A stretch of DNA of 64,000 bases. Source: an uncultured Mageeibacillus sp. (GTDB lineage: Bacteria; Bacillota; Clostridia; Saccharofermentanales; UBA5734). The notes beneath the pieces are model-generated. The model worked only from the letters and a program-made list of their open reading frames with translations. It searched no databases and was not told the origin of the DNA. Position 1 is the first letter of the stretch; each line of letters opens with the position of its first letter. The stretch is from positions 405 to 64,404 of the forward strand of contig CAZGSR010000011.1 of assembly GCA_964528645.1 (NCBI GenBank), written 5' to 3'. A program made the position numbers and the translations under genes. Shown here one piece after another: positions 46,142 through 55,199 of this stretch.

Positions 46142-47714
46142 GCGCAAACAAAATGAAATGTCAAATTTCCGGATCATTGTCGTGGATGATGAGTTCGGTA
46201 TCATCGATTCGCTCTCGGTTGTCCTGAACCGGGGTGGCTATGAGACGGTTGGTGAAACCGATCCTCTGAAAGCAATCGAGCGGATCAAACACGAGCATTT
46301 TGACTTGCTGATCCTGGACTACCTGATGTTCCCGTTGCATGGCGACGAGGTGGTTGAACAGATCCGGATGTTCAACAAAGAGCTGTACATCTTGCTCTTG
46401 ACCGGTCATCGTGATCTGGCGCCGCCGCTGGAAACGATCCGGGCTCTCGATATACAAGGTTATTGCGAAAAGAGCGACAAATTTGACCAGCTGATCCTCC
46501 TGGTCGAGTCCGGCATCAAATCGATCACCATGTTACAGATGATCAAGAAATTCCAGGAAGGACTCAACAAGATCCTCCAGGCGGTGCCCAAGATCTACCA
46601 GCTCCAGCCACTGGGCAGCATTCTGGAAGACATCTTGTCCGAGCTGCTGCCACTGGTCAACAGTGAACATGCCTTTATTCTGGTGGATGATGTCACAGGC
46701 CCGAATGCCGATAAGAAAAGCATTTTCAAAGGGATCGGCCGCTATCACCAGGACGTGGATGTGTTTGTTGACATGCTCCAGCCCAGTTTGATGGAAGAGA
46801 TCGGTTATGCGCGTCTCAACCAGAAGATCGTCCATTTTGACGAAGGTGTCATTTTGCCGCTGAACAATGAACTGATGCAGTCGATCGGGGTGATCTATGT
46901 CGAGAGTCTCGATTTTGGAAATTCACAACTGGATGATGGCATCAAACTGCTGGAAATATATGCTGGCCAGGCGGCTTCGTCGCTGAGCAATGCTTTCCTG
47001 CACTCGATGGTCCACATGAAAAACGAGGAGCTGAACCGTACGTATGACCAGCTCAGGAACGGCTACATGGACACAATCGAGGCGCTGCGCCTGGCGGTCG
47101 ATGCCAAGGATATCTACACCCGGGGCCATTCCGACCGCGTCTCCTATTTTGCAACCCTGATCGGCAAGGCTATGAACCTGCCGCAGGACCAGATTGAACT
47201 GCTGCGGATCAGTGGTTTTTTCCATGATGTTGGCAAGATTGGGACCGGTGACGATATTCTGGCCAAAACAGACCGCCTGAACGATGCCGAATACGAGGAA
47301 GTGAAGAAGCACCCGCTCAAGGGCGCCCAGATTCTATCGGCTGTCTTCATGTTCAAGCAGGTGGTACCGATCGTCCAGTATCACCACGAGCGGATCGATG
47401 GCATGGGTTATCCTCATGGCCTCAGAGGTGAGCAGATCCCGTTCCTGGCCAGGATCATATCCGTTGTTGATGCTTTCGACGCCATGACATCGGATCGTCA
47501 ATATCGCTCGCGCATGGATGTCGAACATGCCAAGAACCAGCTCGTCCAAGGCAGAGGGACCCAGTTCGACAGCCAGGTGGTCGATGTGTTCCTCGGCTTG
47601 CTGGAACGCTATGAAGACATTTTGGCGGACATGGCTGTGTTGAACATCGGCGGCCACGACCCCTACAACCTCACCTTGAGCGCGCCCGTTGCCGAACCAT
47701 TGTCGGCTTCATGA
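46134..47714 (+). CDS. Response regulator with REC, a central GAF-like region and an HD-GYP (c-di-GMP phosphodiesterase type) output
   Basis: The ATG at 46134 overlaps the kinase stop (ATGCGTAA); alternative starts are at 46119 and 46158. REC motifs: IIVVDDE, DLLILDYLMFP and LLLTGH. HD-GYP motifs: HSDRVS, FFHDVGKI and HHERIDGMGYPHGL. There is no DNA-binding domain. Confidence 0.85.
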   Translation: MRKRKQNEMSNFRIIVVDDEFGIIDSLSVVLNRGGYETVGETDPLKAIERIKHEHFDLLILDYLMFPLHGDEVVEQIRMFNKELYILLLTGHRDLAPPLETIRALDIQGYCEKSDKFDQLILLVESGIKSITMLQMIKKFQEGLNKILQAVPKIYQLQPLGSILEDILSELLPLVNSEHAFILVDDVTGPNADKKSIFKGIGRYHQDVDVFVDMLQPSLMEEIGYARLNQKIVHFDEGVILPLNNELMQSIGVIYVESLDFGNSQLDDGIKLLEIYAGQAASSLSNAFLHSMVHMKNEELNRTYDQLRNGYMDTIEALRLAVDAKDIYTRGHSDRVSYFATLIGKAMNLPQDQIELLRISGFFHDVGKIGTGDDILAKTDRLNDAEYEEVKKHPLKGAQILSAVFMFKQVVPIVQYHHERIDGMGYPHGLRGEQIPFLARIISVVDAFDAMTSDRQYRSRMDVEHAKNQLVQGRGTQFDSQVVDVFLGLLERYEDILADMAVLNIGGHDPYNLTLSAPVAEPLSAS

Positions 47715-47801
47715 ATCGCCAATAACCGGAAAACCTCAACCGCGTAGTGTCATCACCCGCTTCAAGGTTTATAATCGAATTAGACCGAACAAAGCGAGGC
47801 G

Positions 47802-48707
47802 ATGGGTATGTTAACAGACAAGCGACTGAATCAGGCTTATCAGTCAGCCAAAGTCCTGGAGTTTGATGAAACGTCCCGCCTGATCTTCTTTTCCGACTGC
47901 CATCGAGGCGATAACAGCCTGTCCGATGAGTTTGCCCGCAACCAGGCCATCTACCAGTACGCGATGGCCTACTATTATTACAACGGCTACACCTATGTCG
48001 AGGCCGGTGACGGCGATGAACTGTGGGAATATGCCCATTTCAAACATATCCGGATTGCCCACAGCGATATTTTCCATACCCTGCAGCACTTCCATGAAGA
48101 AGACCGCATGATCATGCTGTACGGCAACCACAACATGAGTCTTAAGAATAAAGACTATGTCAGGAAAAACCTCCATTACTATTTTGATGAATACAATGAT
48201 GAGGAAACAGTCCTGTTCGAAAATCTGGAGCCCTGTGAGGCTCTGGTTTTGCGTCACCGTGAGACGGGACAAGAAATCCTGACCGTACATGGCCACCAGG
48301 GTGACCTGATGAATGACCAGCTCTGGGTTGTCTCCATGCTGATGATGCGCTATTTTTGGCGCCTGATGCACATCGTCGGTTTCCAGAATCCCTCCAGCCC
48401 TGCCAAAAATGCCCACAAGCGACATAAGATTGAAAAAATGTACAATCGCTGGATTTCTGCCAACCGGAAAATGCTGATCTGTGGCCATACACACCGACCC
48501 AAATTCCCCAAAAGCTCCGACCTGCCCTATTTCAATACCGGGTGCTGCATCCACGCCCGGGGCATCACTGGCATCGAGATATTCGAAGGCAAGATCATGC
48601 TCGTCGAATGGCGGGTCCGCGCCGACAAGGAGGGCAGTCTGCACATCTCGAGGAAAATCATCCGAGGCCCAGAGCCGGTCAGTCGGTATGACAACATATG
48701 GAAATGA
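47802..48707 (+). CDS. Calcineurin-like metallophosphoesterase
   Basis: The motif series is FFSDCHRGD, AGDGDELWE, LYGNHN, VHGHQGD and CGHTHRP. Confidence 0.75.
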   Translation: MGMLTDKRLNQAYQSAKVLEFDETSRLIFFSDCHRGDNSLSDEFARNQAIYQYAMAYYYYNGYTYVEAGDGDELWEYAHFKHIRIAHSDIFHTLQHFHEEDRMIMLYGNHNMSLKNKDYVRKNLHYYFDEYNDEETVLFENLEPCEALVLRHRETGQEILTVHGHQGDLMNDQLWVVSMLMMRYFWRLMHIVGFQNPSSPAKNAHKRHKIEKMYNRWISANRKMLICGHTHRPKFPKSSDLPYFNTGCCIHARGITGIEIFEGKIMLVEWRVRADKEGSLHISRKIIRGPEPVSRYDNIWK

Positions 48708-48823
48708 CCTGCTCGCACACGATGTGAGGTTTTCCCCACTGCTGCGTTAACGGGGGTGCGGCTACCAAAATTGCCCGTTCAAAAAATTTCAATTTTATTC
48801 ATGGTTAAAGGCCGTCAATTTGC

Positions 48824-48852
48824 TTGCTTGTCTGGCGGACGGCCGTTATAAT
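48824..48852 (+). promoter_or_regulatory. Putative sigma-70-type promoter of the decarboxylase operon
   Basis: TTGCTT (48824-48829), a 17-nt spacer, then TATAAT (48847-48852). It lies 82 nt upstream of the ATG at 48935. Confidence 0.45.
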
Positions 48853-48934
48853 TTTGTTGAATATGCTTAACTTTCGCGAAAGGTTCACTGCGATTGGAGC
48901 ATAACAAAGCTTGCCCGACATAAGGAGGTTTCCA

Positions 48935-50311
48935 ATGCAGATCAAATTCACAGAAACTGTCCTGCGCGATGCCAACCAGTCGCTGGTGGCGACCCGCATG
49001 CCGCAGAAAGATTTCATTGACATCCTGGACACCATCAACCAGGCTGGCTACTACTCAGTCGAGTGCTGGGGCGGCGCGACGTTTGACTCCTGCCTGCGTT
49101 TCCTGGACGAAGATCCATGGGAGCGCCTGCGCCTGATCAAAAAACACATTCCCAACTCCAAGCTCCAGATGCTGCTTAGGGGCCAGAACATCCTCGGCTA
49201 CCGTCATTACCCGGATGAGGTGGTCCGACTTTTCGTCCGTCACTCGATCCAGAATGGCATCGACATCCTGCGCATTTTCGACGCTTTGAATGACTTCCGT
49301 AACATCGAGGTCGCGGTTGACGAGACTCTGAAGTGCGGCGGCCACGCCCAGGGCACGATCTGCTACACGATCAGCCCGATCCACAACCTCGAGTCGTATA
49401 TCCGGATGGGCAAGGAGCTCGAGCAGATGGGCGTCCACTCGATCTGTATCAAGGACATGGCCGGGATCATGAGCCCGCAGGAGGCCTTTGACCTCGTCTC
49501 GGCTCTCAAGGCCAACGTCAGCCTGCCGATCGTCGTCCACACCCATTCGACCACTGGTCTCGGCCCGATGACCTATATGAAAGCTGTCGAAGCCGGTGCC
49601 GACTGCATCGACTGCGCCATCTCCTCATTCTCCGGCGGCACCTCGCAACCCGCCACAGAGTCCCTGAACTATGCTCTGAAGCAGATGGGCTACGAGTCCG
49701 GGCTCAAAGAGGACGTGCTCAAGCAGATCAACGATTTCTTCAAGCCAGTCAAAGACAAATACGTCGCCTCCGGCCTGCTCGATCCCTATGTCCTGAGCAC
49801 CGACACCGACGCCCTGACCTACCAGATCCCGGGCGGCATGCTGTCCAATCTCGTCTCCCAGCTCAAGCAGCAGAACGCGATCGACCGCCTGCCCGAGGTG
49901 CTCGCTGAGACCCCGCGCGTCCGGGCCGATCTCGGCTACCCGCCCCTGGTCACTCCGATGAGCCAGATGGTCGGTGTCCAGGCCGCGACCAATGTCCTGG
50001 TCGGCGAACGCTACAAGAACATCTCCAAGGAAGTCAAAGCCTACATCCGGGGCGAATATGGCACCCCACCCGGCACGGTCGATCCGGACCTGATCCAGAA
50101 GGTCCTCGGCGACGAGCAGCCGATCACCGGTCGCTACGCCGAGACACTGGCACCGGAATTCGAGGCCGCCAAGGCCAAGCTGGCTGGCATCGCCGAGAGT
50201 GACGAGGATGTCCTCAGCTACCTGGCCTTCCCGCAGATCGCCGAGAAGTTCTTTGCCAACCGGGCCGAGAAGAAGATCAATCGGGTCTCCTACTCGATCC
50301 GCCAGGTCTGA
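48935..50311 (+). CDS. oadA: Oxaloacetate decarboxylase alpha-type carboxyltransferase subunit lacking a biotinyl domain
   Basis: The ATG at 48935 follows AAGGAGG. It has LRDANQS, SICIKDMAGI and VHTHSTTG (HMGL-like TIM barrel) plus a PYC/OADA-type C-terminal region. It is 458 aa long and ends without an AMKM motif. Confidence 0.8.
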   Translation: MQIKFTETVLRDANQSLVATRMPQKDFIDILDTINQAGYYSVECWGGATFDSCLRFLDEDPWERLRLIKKHIPNSKLQMLLRGQNILGYRHYPDEVVRLFVRHSIQNGIDILRIFDALNDFRNIEVAVDETLKCGGHAQGTICYTISPIHNLESYIRMGKELEQMGVHSICIKDMAGIMSPQEAFDLVSALKANVSLPIVVHTHSTTGLGPMTYMKAVEAGADCIDCAISSFSGGTSQPATESLNYALKQMGYESGLKEDVLKQINDFFKPVKDKYVASGLLDPYVLSTDTDALTYQIPGGMLSNLVSQLKQQNAIDRLPEVLAETPRVRADLGYPPLVTPMSQMVGVQAATNVLVGERYKNISKEVKAYIRGEYGTPPGTVDPDLIQKVLGDEQPITGRYAETLAPEFEAAKAKLAGIAESDEDVLSYLAFPQIAEKFFANRAEKKINRVSYSIRQV

Positions 50312-50324
50312 CAGGGGGAAACAC

Positions 50325-50654
50325 ATGGATATCATCAACAGCCTGTTCACCAGTGTATTTGGCATCAGTGTCGTGTTTGCGGTACTGATCGCCCTGATTT
50401 TACTGATTTACGGGCAGTCATTGGTCATGAAAAAAATGCACAGGGAGAAACCTGCCGAGGTTGTGGTAGAAACAGACAAACCCGCTCCGGTTGCAGCTAC
50501 GACTGCATCAGCTGCCAGTACCACCGTTCCGGGCAAGCTTGAGCTCGTCGGGATCGATGAAAAGACCGCTGCCATGGTCATGGCGATTGTTTGTGACGAG
50601 AGCGGGATTCCTGTCAACGAACTGATTTTCAAATCCATCCGTGAAATTGCCTGA
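50325..50654 (+). CDS. Decarboxylase small membrane-anchor subunit (OadG / gamma-delta type)
   Basis: The ATG at 50325 follows AGGGGGA. It has the N-terminal TM MDIINSLFTSVFGISVVFAVLIALILLIY and an Ala/Thr/Pro-rich linker. It lies between the alpha and biotin-carrier genes. Confidence 0.6.
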   Translation: MDIINSLFTSVFGISVVFAVLIALILLIYGQSLVMKKMHREKPAEVVVETDKPAPVAATTASAASTTVPGKLELVGIDEKTAAMVMAIVCDESGIPVNELIFKSIREIA

Positions 50655-50678
50655 GTGACTGGGCTGAGGAGACAACAC

Positions 50679-51068
50679 ATGAAGTATCAAGTGACGATCA
50701 ATAACAAGACCTATGAAGTCGAAGTCGAACGCGGCGAAGCCAATCTGCTCGCCACCTATGAGGCTGTTGCACCAGTCGCGTCGGTGGCTGCTGCTGCCCC
50801 CACTCCAGTGGCAGCTGCCTCCGCTCCGGCGGCACCGCATGTCCAGGCCGTGGCCGGCGAGGCCCTGACCGCCCCGATGCCGGGCACCATCATCAGTGTC
50901 CTGAAAAAAGTCGGCGACAAAGTCGCTGAGGGCGAAGTCGTCTGCATCCTCGAGGCGATGAAAATGGAAAACGAAGTGGTGGCGGCGATCGCCGGCACTG
51001 TCGGCCAAGTCCTTGTCGCCAAGGGCTCCGTGGTCAAGACCGGCGATCCGCTGGTCATGATCCATTGA
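50679..51068 (+). CDS. Biotin carboxyl carrier subunit (biotinyl domain protein)
   Basis: The ATG at 50679 follows GAGGAG. An Ala/Pro-rich linker precedes the biotinylation motif ILEAMKMENEV. Confidence 0.85.
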   Translation: MKYQVTINNKTYEVEVERGEANLLATYEAVAPVASVAAAAPTPVAAASAPAAPHVQAVAGEALTAPMPGTIISVLKKVGDKVAEGEVVCILEAMKMENEVVAAIAGTVGQVLVAKGSVVKTGDPLVMIH

Positions 51069-51081
51069 TGGAGGACGCCAG

Positions 51082-52221
51082 ATGTTGATCGATACCCTGG
51101 GCAAACTCTGGGGTGACTCCGGGTTTGCTGCGCTCGACCTGCCACATCTGCTCATGATCGTGATTGCCGGTGTCCTGATCTACCTGGCGATCGTCAAGAA
51201 ATTTGAACCCCTGCTCTTGCTGCCGATCGCTTTTGGCATGCTGTTGGCCAATCTGCCAATCACCGGCCTGATGGATGCACCGCCTGCCGATCACAGCGGC
51301 CCGGGCGGATTGCTGTACTATCTGTACCAGGGCGTCAAGCTGGGCATCTATCCGTCGCTGATCTTCCTTGGCATCGGGGCGATGACTGACTTCGGCCCGC
51401 TGATCGCACGGCCCTCGAGCCTGCTGCTGGGCGCGGCCGCGCAGTTTGGCATCTATGTCGCCTTCACCGTGGCTCGGATGCTCGGCTTCACGGTCCAGGA
51501 GGCGGCCTCGATCGGCATCATCGGCGGAGCAGATGGCCCGACGGCGATCTTCCTGACCACGCGACTGGCGCCGGAGCTGCTGCCTGCAATTGCGATTGCA
51601 GCCTACTCTTACATGGCCCTGATCCCATTGATCCAGCCGCCGATCATGCGCGCCCTCACCACCGAGAAGGAGCGCCAGACGGTGATGTCGCAGCTGCGTC
51701 ACGTGTCGAAGTCTGAAAAGATCGTCTTTCCGATCATCGTCACGATCGTTGCTGTCCTGCTGTTGCCATCCGTTGCGCCTCTGATCGGCATGCTGATGCT
51801 GGGCAACCTGTTCCGTGAATCAGGCGTCGTTGACCGCATCTCCCAGACCGCCCAGAACGAGCTGATCAATATCGTTACGATCTTCCTGGGTGTCACCGTG
51901 GGTGCGACGGCCAATGCGGATCGATTCCTGCAATGGGAAACCCTCAAGATCATCGGCCTGGGCCTCTTCGCCTTCGTCTTCAGCACCATCGGCGGCACAC
52001 TGTTCGGCAAGCTGATGTACGTGGTGACCGGCGGCAAGGTCAATCCGCTGATCGGATCAGCCGGCGTCTCAGCGGTGCCGATGGCCGCCCGTGTTTCCCA
52101 GGTCGAAGGGCAGCGGGCCAATCCGAAGAACTACCTCCTGATGCATGCCATGGGCCCCAATGTCGCCGGTGTCATCGGCTCGGCGGTTGCGGCTGGTTTC
52201 CTCCTCGCGATGTTTGGTTAA
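51082..52221 (+). CDS. oadB: Na+-translocating decarboxylase beta subunit
   Basis: This 379-aa polytopic protein contains IGIIGGADGPTAIF and GSAGVSAVPMAARV, typical of the OadB/GcdB/MmdB family. Confidence 0.9.
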   Translation: MLIDTLGKLWGDSGFAALDLPHLLMIVIAGVLIYLAIVKKFEPLLLLPIAFGMLLANLPITGLMDAPPADHSGPGGLLYYLYQGVKLGIYPSLIFLGIGAMTDFGPLIARPSSLLLGAAAQFGIYVAFTVARMLGFTVQEAASIGIIGGADGPTAIFLTTRLAPELLPAIAIAAYSYMALIPLIQPPIMRALTTEKERQTVMSQLRHVSKSEKIVFPIIVTIVAVLLLPSVAPLIGMLMLGNLFRESGVVDRISQTAQNELINIVTIFLGVTVGATANADRFLQWETLKIIGLGLFAFVFSTIGGTLFGKLMYVVTGGKVNPLIGSAGVSAVPMAARVSQVEGQRANPKNYLLMHAMGPNVAGVIGSAVAAGFLLAMFG

Positions 52222-52295
52222 AGACCAATCACAAAATAATACAAAAGGCGGGCAGGCGATTTTCTTGTCCCGCTGTCCAGGCGAACGCTATAATT

Positions 52296-52333
52296 CAAGA
52301 CAGGTCTTGTCACAAGACCTGTCTTGCTTTTTG
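52296..52333 (+). terminator. Rho-independent terminator after the decarboxylase operon
   Basis: A perfect 14-bp stem, CAAGACAGGTCTTG (52296-52309) pairing with CAAGACCTGTCTTG (52313-52326), has a 3-nt loop and is followed by CTTTTTGG. Confidence 0.8.
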
Positions 52334-52375
52334 GCCATAACAAGAGCGTCTGCTCATATCGCTGGAGGATCAGCC

Positions 52376-53467
52376 ATGCCAATTCATTCCTCGTTGCTCA
52401 AACAGGCACTGCGGGAGATTGTTTCCCCCAATGAAGACTATTTCAAAGCGGCCAATGTACGGCTTGACTCCCTGGTCAAGCCACCCCAGAGCCTGGGACA
52501 TCTCGAGGCGATGGCTGCCCGCCTGATGGCCATCCAGCAACAACCTGTGATTTCGGTGGAGAAACGCTGCGTGATCGTTCTGGCTGCCGATAATGGCGTC
52601 GTTGCAGAAGGTGTCTCCAGTGCACCCCAGGCTGTCACCGCACTGCAGACGATCAATATCCTCAATGGCCTGGCCGGCGTTTCGGTTCTATCCCGCCAGT
52701 TTGCCGCCGACCTGATGGTCGTCGATGTAGGTGTAGCCACTGATCTGGACCACCCTCAGCTGGTCAAACGCAAAATCAGGTCTTCGACTGGCAACATCGC
52801 CCGCGAACCAGCTCTGACCGAAGCAGAGGTCATTCAGGCACTGGAAACAGGGCTGGACTTGGCCCGTGATGCCAAAAGCAAGGGCTACCAGGTGCTGGGC
52901 GTGGGTGAAATGGGGATCGGCAACACTACGACCAGCAGCGCTGTCCTGGCGGGTCTTCTGGGTTATGGCCCAGGCCAGGTTGAGCCGCTTGTCGGCCGTG
53001 GGGCCGGCCTGAGTGATGCGGATTTTTACCATAAGGTGTCGATCATCGAACAGGCTTTGCAGCTGCATCAGCCAGACGCAAACGATGTCCTTGATGTCTT
53101 GGCCAAAGTGGGGGGGCTCGATCTGGCGACGATGACCGGCGTTTATCTCGGCGCAGCCGCCAATCGTCTGCCTGTTGCCATCGATGGTTTCATATCAGTC
53201 GTTGCTGCATTGTGTGCGGTCCGCCTGGCCCCTGCTGTGCGCGACTATCTCTTTGCTTCACACCAGTCCTATGAACGCGGCTATCTGGTGGCGATCCGGG
53301 AACTCGATCTGCCCACACCGCTGCAACTCGATATGCGCCTGGGGGAGGGCAGTGGCTGCCCACTCCTGTTTGCTTTGATGGATGCAGCGGTTGCCATCTA
53401 TCACAATATGGGCACTTTCAGCTCTGGAGGGATCGATCTCACATACACTGAGGAGATTACCTTCTGA
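52376..53467 (+). CDS. cobT: Nicotinate-nucleotide--dimethylbenzimidazole phosphoribosyltransferase CobT
   Basis: The ATG at 52376 follows GGAGGA. It contains KPPQSLGHLE, GEMGIGNTTTSSA and RLGEGSGCPL. Confidence 0.9.
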   Translation: MPIHSSLLKQALREIVSPNEDYFKAANVRLDSLVKPPQSLGHLEAMAARLMAIQQQPVISVEKRCVIVLAADNGVVAEGVSSAPQAVTALQTINILNGLAGVSVLSRQFAADLMVVDVGVATDLDHPQLVKRKIRSSTGNIAREPALTEAEVIQALETGLDLARDAKSKGYQVLGVGEMGIGNTTTSSAVLAGLLGYGPGQVEPLVGRGAGLSDADFYHKVSIIEQALQLHQPDANDVLDVLAKVGGLDLATMTGVYLGAAANRLPVAIDGFISVVAALCAVRLAPAVRDYLFASHQSYERGYLVAIRELDLPTPLQLDMRLGEGSGCPLLFALMDAAVAIYHNMGTFSSGGIDLTYTEEITF

Positions 53468-54048
53468 TGCGACTTTTTATCAGCGGTGGCTGCAAGAACG
53501 GCAAATCGTCCTTTGCCGAATCATGGGCAGCTTCTGCGGTGAAACCGGGACTGCCGTTGTATTATCTGGCAACGATGCTGCCCAAGGATCAGGAAGATCA
53601 GGAACGCATCCAGCGCCACCGGCGGCAGCGGGCCGATTTTTCTTTCCAGACTGTGGAGATCCCACGTAACATCGGACAGGTGCTCAAGTCCTGCGATCAA
53701 CAGGGTCATTTCCTGCTCGACAGCACAACCGCCCTGCTGGAAAATGCCATGTTTTTGCCCGATGGCTCTGTGAATCTGCAAGCTGGCGAATCGATCTGTG
53801 CAGACCTCGCGGGGCTTGTGTCGCAGTTGGACCACATCACCCTTGTCAGCGACTATCTGGGCTCTGATGCATTTTTCTATGACCCTCTGGTAGAAGTGTT
53901 TCGCAGCTCCCTGGCCAGGATTGACCGGATGTTGGCCCAGACGTGTGATGTCGTCGTCGAGATCTGTGCCGGCCAGCCGATTTTCCACAAGGGACAGGAC
54001 TTGTTCCGGCAAGCCTCAAGACCTTTATCCGCAGCAGGTGAACGATGA
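53467..54048 (+). CDS. cobU: Adenosylcobinamide kinase / adenosylcobinamide-phosphate guanylyltransferase CobU
   Basis: It has the P-loop FISGGCKNGKSSFAE and a His-containing segment ERIQRHRRQR, and ends VSDYLGSD...SLARIDRMLA, parallel to CobU/CobP. It overlaps cobT by 1 nt. Confidence 0.85.
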   Translation: MRLFISGGCKNGKSSFAESWAASAVKPGLPLYYLATMLPKDQEDQERIQRHRRQRADFSFQTVEIPRNIGQVLKSCDQQGHFLLDSTTALLENAMFLPDGSVNLQAGESICADLAGLVSQLDHITLVSDYLGSDAFFYDPLVEVFRSSLARIDRMLAQTCDVVVEICAGQPIFHKGQDLFRQASRPLSAAGER

Positions 54049-54806
54049 GAGTGATCAAAGCCTGGTTCATGACCCTGGGTATGTTCACCATCGTGCCGGT
54101 TCCCCCTGTCTGGGACGACGACGCTAAACCATGGGTCGTTCCTTTGCTTCCAGTGGCCGGAGTTTTCCCGGGAATCCTGGCAGCCGGGACCGCCTGGTTG
54201 CTGTCCTTCGTGGAATCCAGCCGCCTGCTGGAAACGGTGCTAGTCTTGCTGGCCTGGCACTTAGCCTCAGGTTTCATCCATGTCGACGGCCTGATGGATA
54301 CGTCTGACGCACTGTTTTCCCGGGCCAGCCGGGACAAACGCCTGGCTATCCTCAAAGACCCCCATGTCGGGTCTTTCGCCGTGATAGTACTGGTGGTGGT
54401 CCTTTTGCTGCAGCTGGCCTCGCTGGATTCTGTCGGGGACGAGCCATTCGCCTTCTGGCCCTGGCTGATGATCCCGGTGCTGTCCCGTGCCTGGGCCAGC
54501 CTGGCTGTTTTGTTGACCCCGAAAGTCCTGACCGAAGGGTATGCCAGTCAGTTTCGCAGCTCGCTGAGCGTGCAATTCATCCTCATACCATTGATTGCGT
54601 TGGTTGGTCTGCCTGTTATCGCGTTTTTTCTGGCTGGTTGGATAGGATTGACACTGGCCATGATCCTGGCGCTCGCCGCCGGTCTGACCTGGTTCATTTT
54701 GCAGCGCAGCTTTGGTGGTATTTCGGGTGATCTGGCCGGATTCATCCTGGTTGTCTGTGAAACTGCGGCCCTGCTGGCCTGGGCCCTTTTGCCGGAGGTT
54801 GTCTGA
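54045..54806 (+). CDS. cobS: Adenosylcobinamide-GDP ribazoletransferase (cobalamin synthase) CobS
   Basis: This 253-aa polytopic protein contains FIHVDGLMDTSDALFS and GGISGDLAGF, typical of CobS. Confidence 0.85.
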   Translation: MRVIKAWFMTLGMFTIVPVPPVWDDDAKPWVVPLLPVAGVFPGILAAGTAWLLSFVESSRLLETVLVLLAWHLASGFIHVDGLMDTSDALFSRASRDKRLAILKDPHVGSFAVIVLVVVLLLQLASLDSVGDEPFAFWPWLMIPVLSRAWASLAVLLTPKVLTEGYASQFRSSLSVQFILIPLIALVGLPVIAFFLAGWIGLTLAMILALAAGLTWFILQRSFGGISGDLAGFILVVCETAALLAWALLPEVV

Positions 54807-54808
54807 GC

Positions 54809-55192
54809 ATGGTTTTTGTCATCGGAGGTGCCTATCAGGGTAAACTCGAATATGTTCGCGCACAGGTGTGTGCACCAGATGCCAGTGTCTGGGCCTGCCA
54901 TGAACAGAGTCTGGAAATCGACTGGTCCTGCCAGGTGATCGATAAAATCCATCTCCTGGTCTGGGCTCGCCAGCAGGCTGGTCTGGATACGCTGGACTAT
55001 CTCCGGCAACACCAGAGTCTGCTGCAGGAAAAGATTGTGATTTGCGATGATCTTTCCTCCGGGGTGGTACCGATTGACCGTGATACCCGGCTCTGGCGCG
55101 AAAACGTGGGGCGCTGCTCCGTCTGGCTGGCCAGGGAAGCAGAGCGGGTGGTCCGTGTTTTCTGTGGCCTGGCCACAGAACTGAAGGCGTAA
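54809..55192 (+). CDS. Short CobU-like paralog lacking the central His-containing region
   Basis: The 127-aa protein has an N-terminus VFVIGGAYQGKLEY that resembles the CobU P-loop (GGxxxGKS with Ser replaced by Leu). Its C-terminus VICDDLSSGVVPIDRDTRLWRENVGRCSVWLAREAERVVRV parallels the CobU segment VTNEVGxGIVPEN..R.FRD..GR.NQ.LA. Confidence 0.4.
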   Translation: MVFVIGGAYQGKLEYVRAQVCAPDASVWACHEQSLEIDWSCQVIDKIHLLVWARQQAGLDTLDYLRQHQSLLQEKIVICDDLSSGVVPIDRDTRLWRENVGRCSVWLAREAERVVRVFCGLATELKA

Positions 55193-55199
55193 GCCCGGC

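Noticed and set aside
52222-52375. A possible cobalamin riboswitch upstream of cobT.
   Set aside because: The leader is only 154 nt. The AAGACCTGTCTT segment that vaguely recalls a B12 box is one arm of a perfect terminator hairpin for the upstream operon. No GGTGAAA, GCCACTG or other core elements are seen. A cmsearch with RF00174 would settle it.
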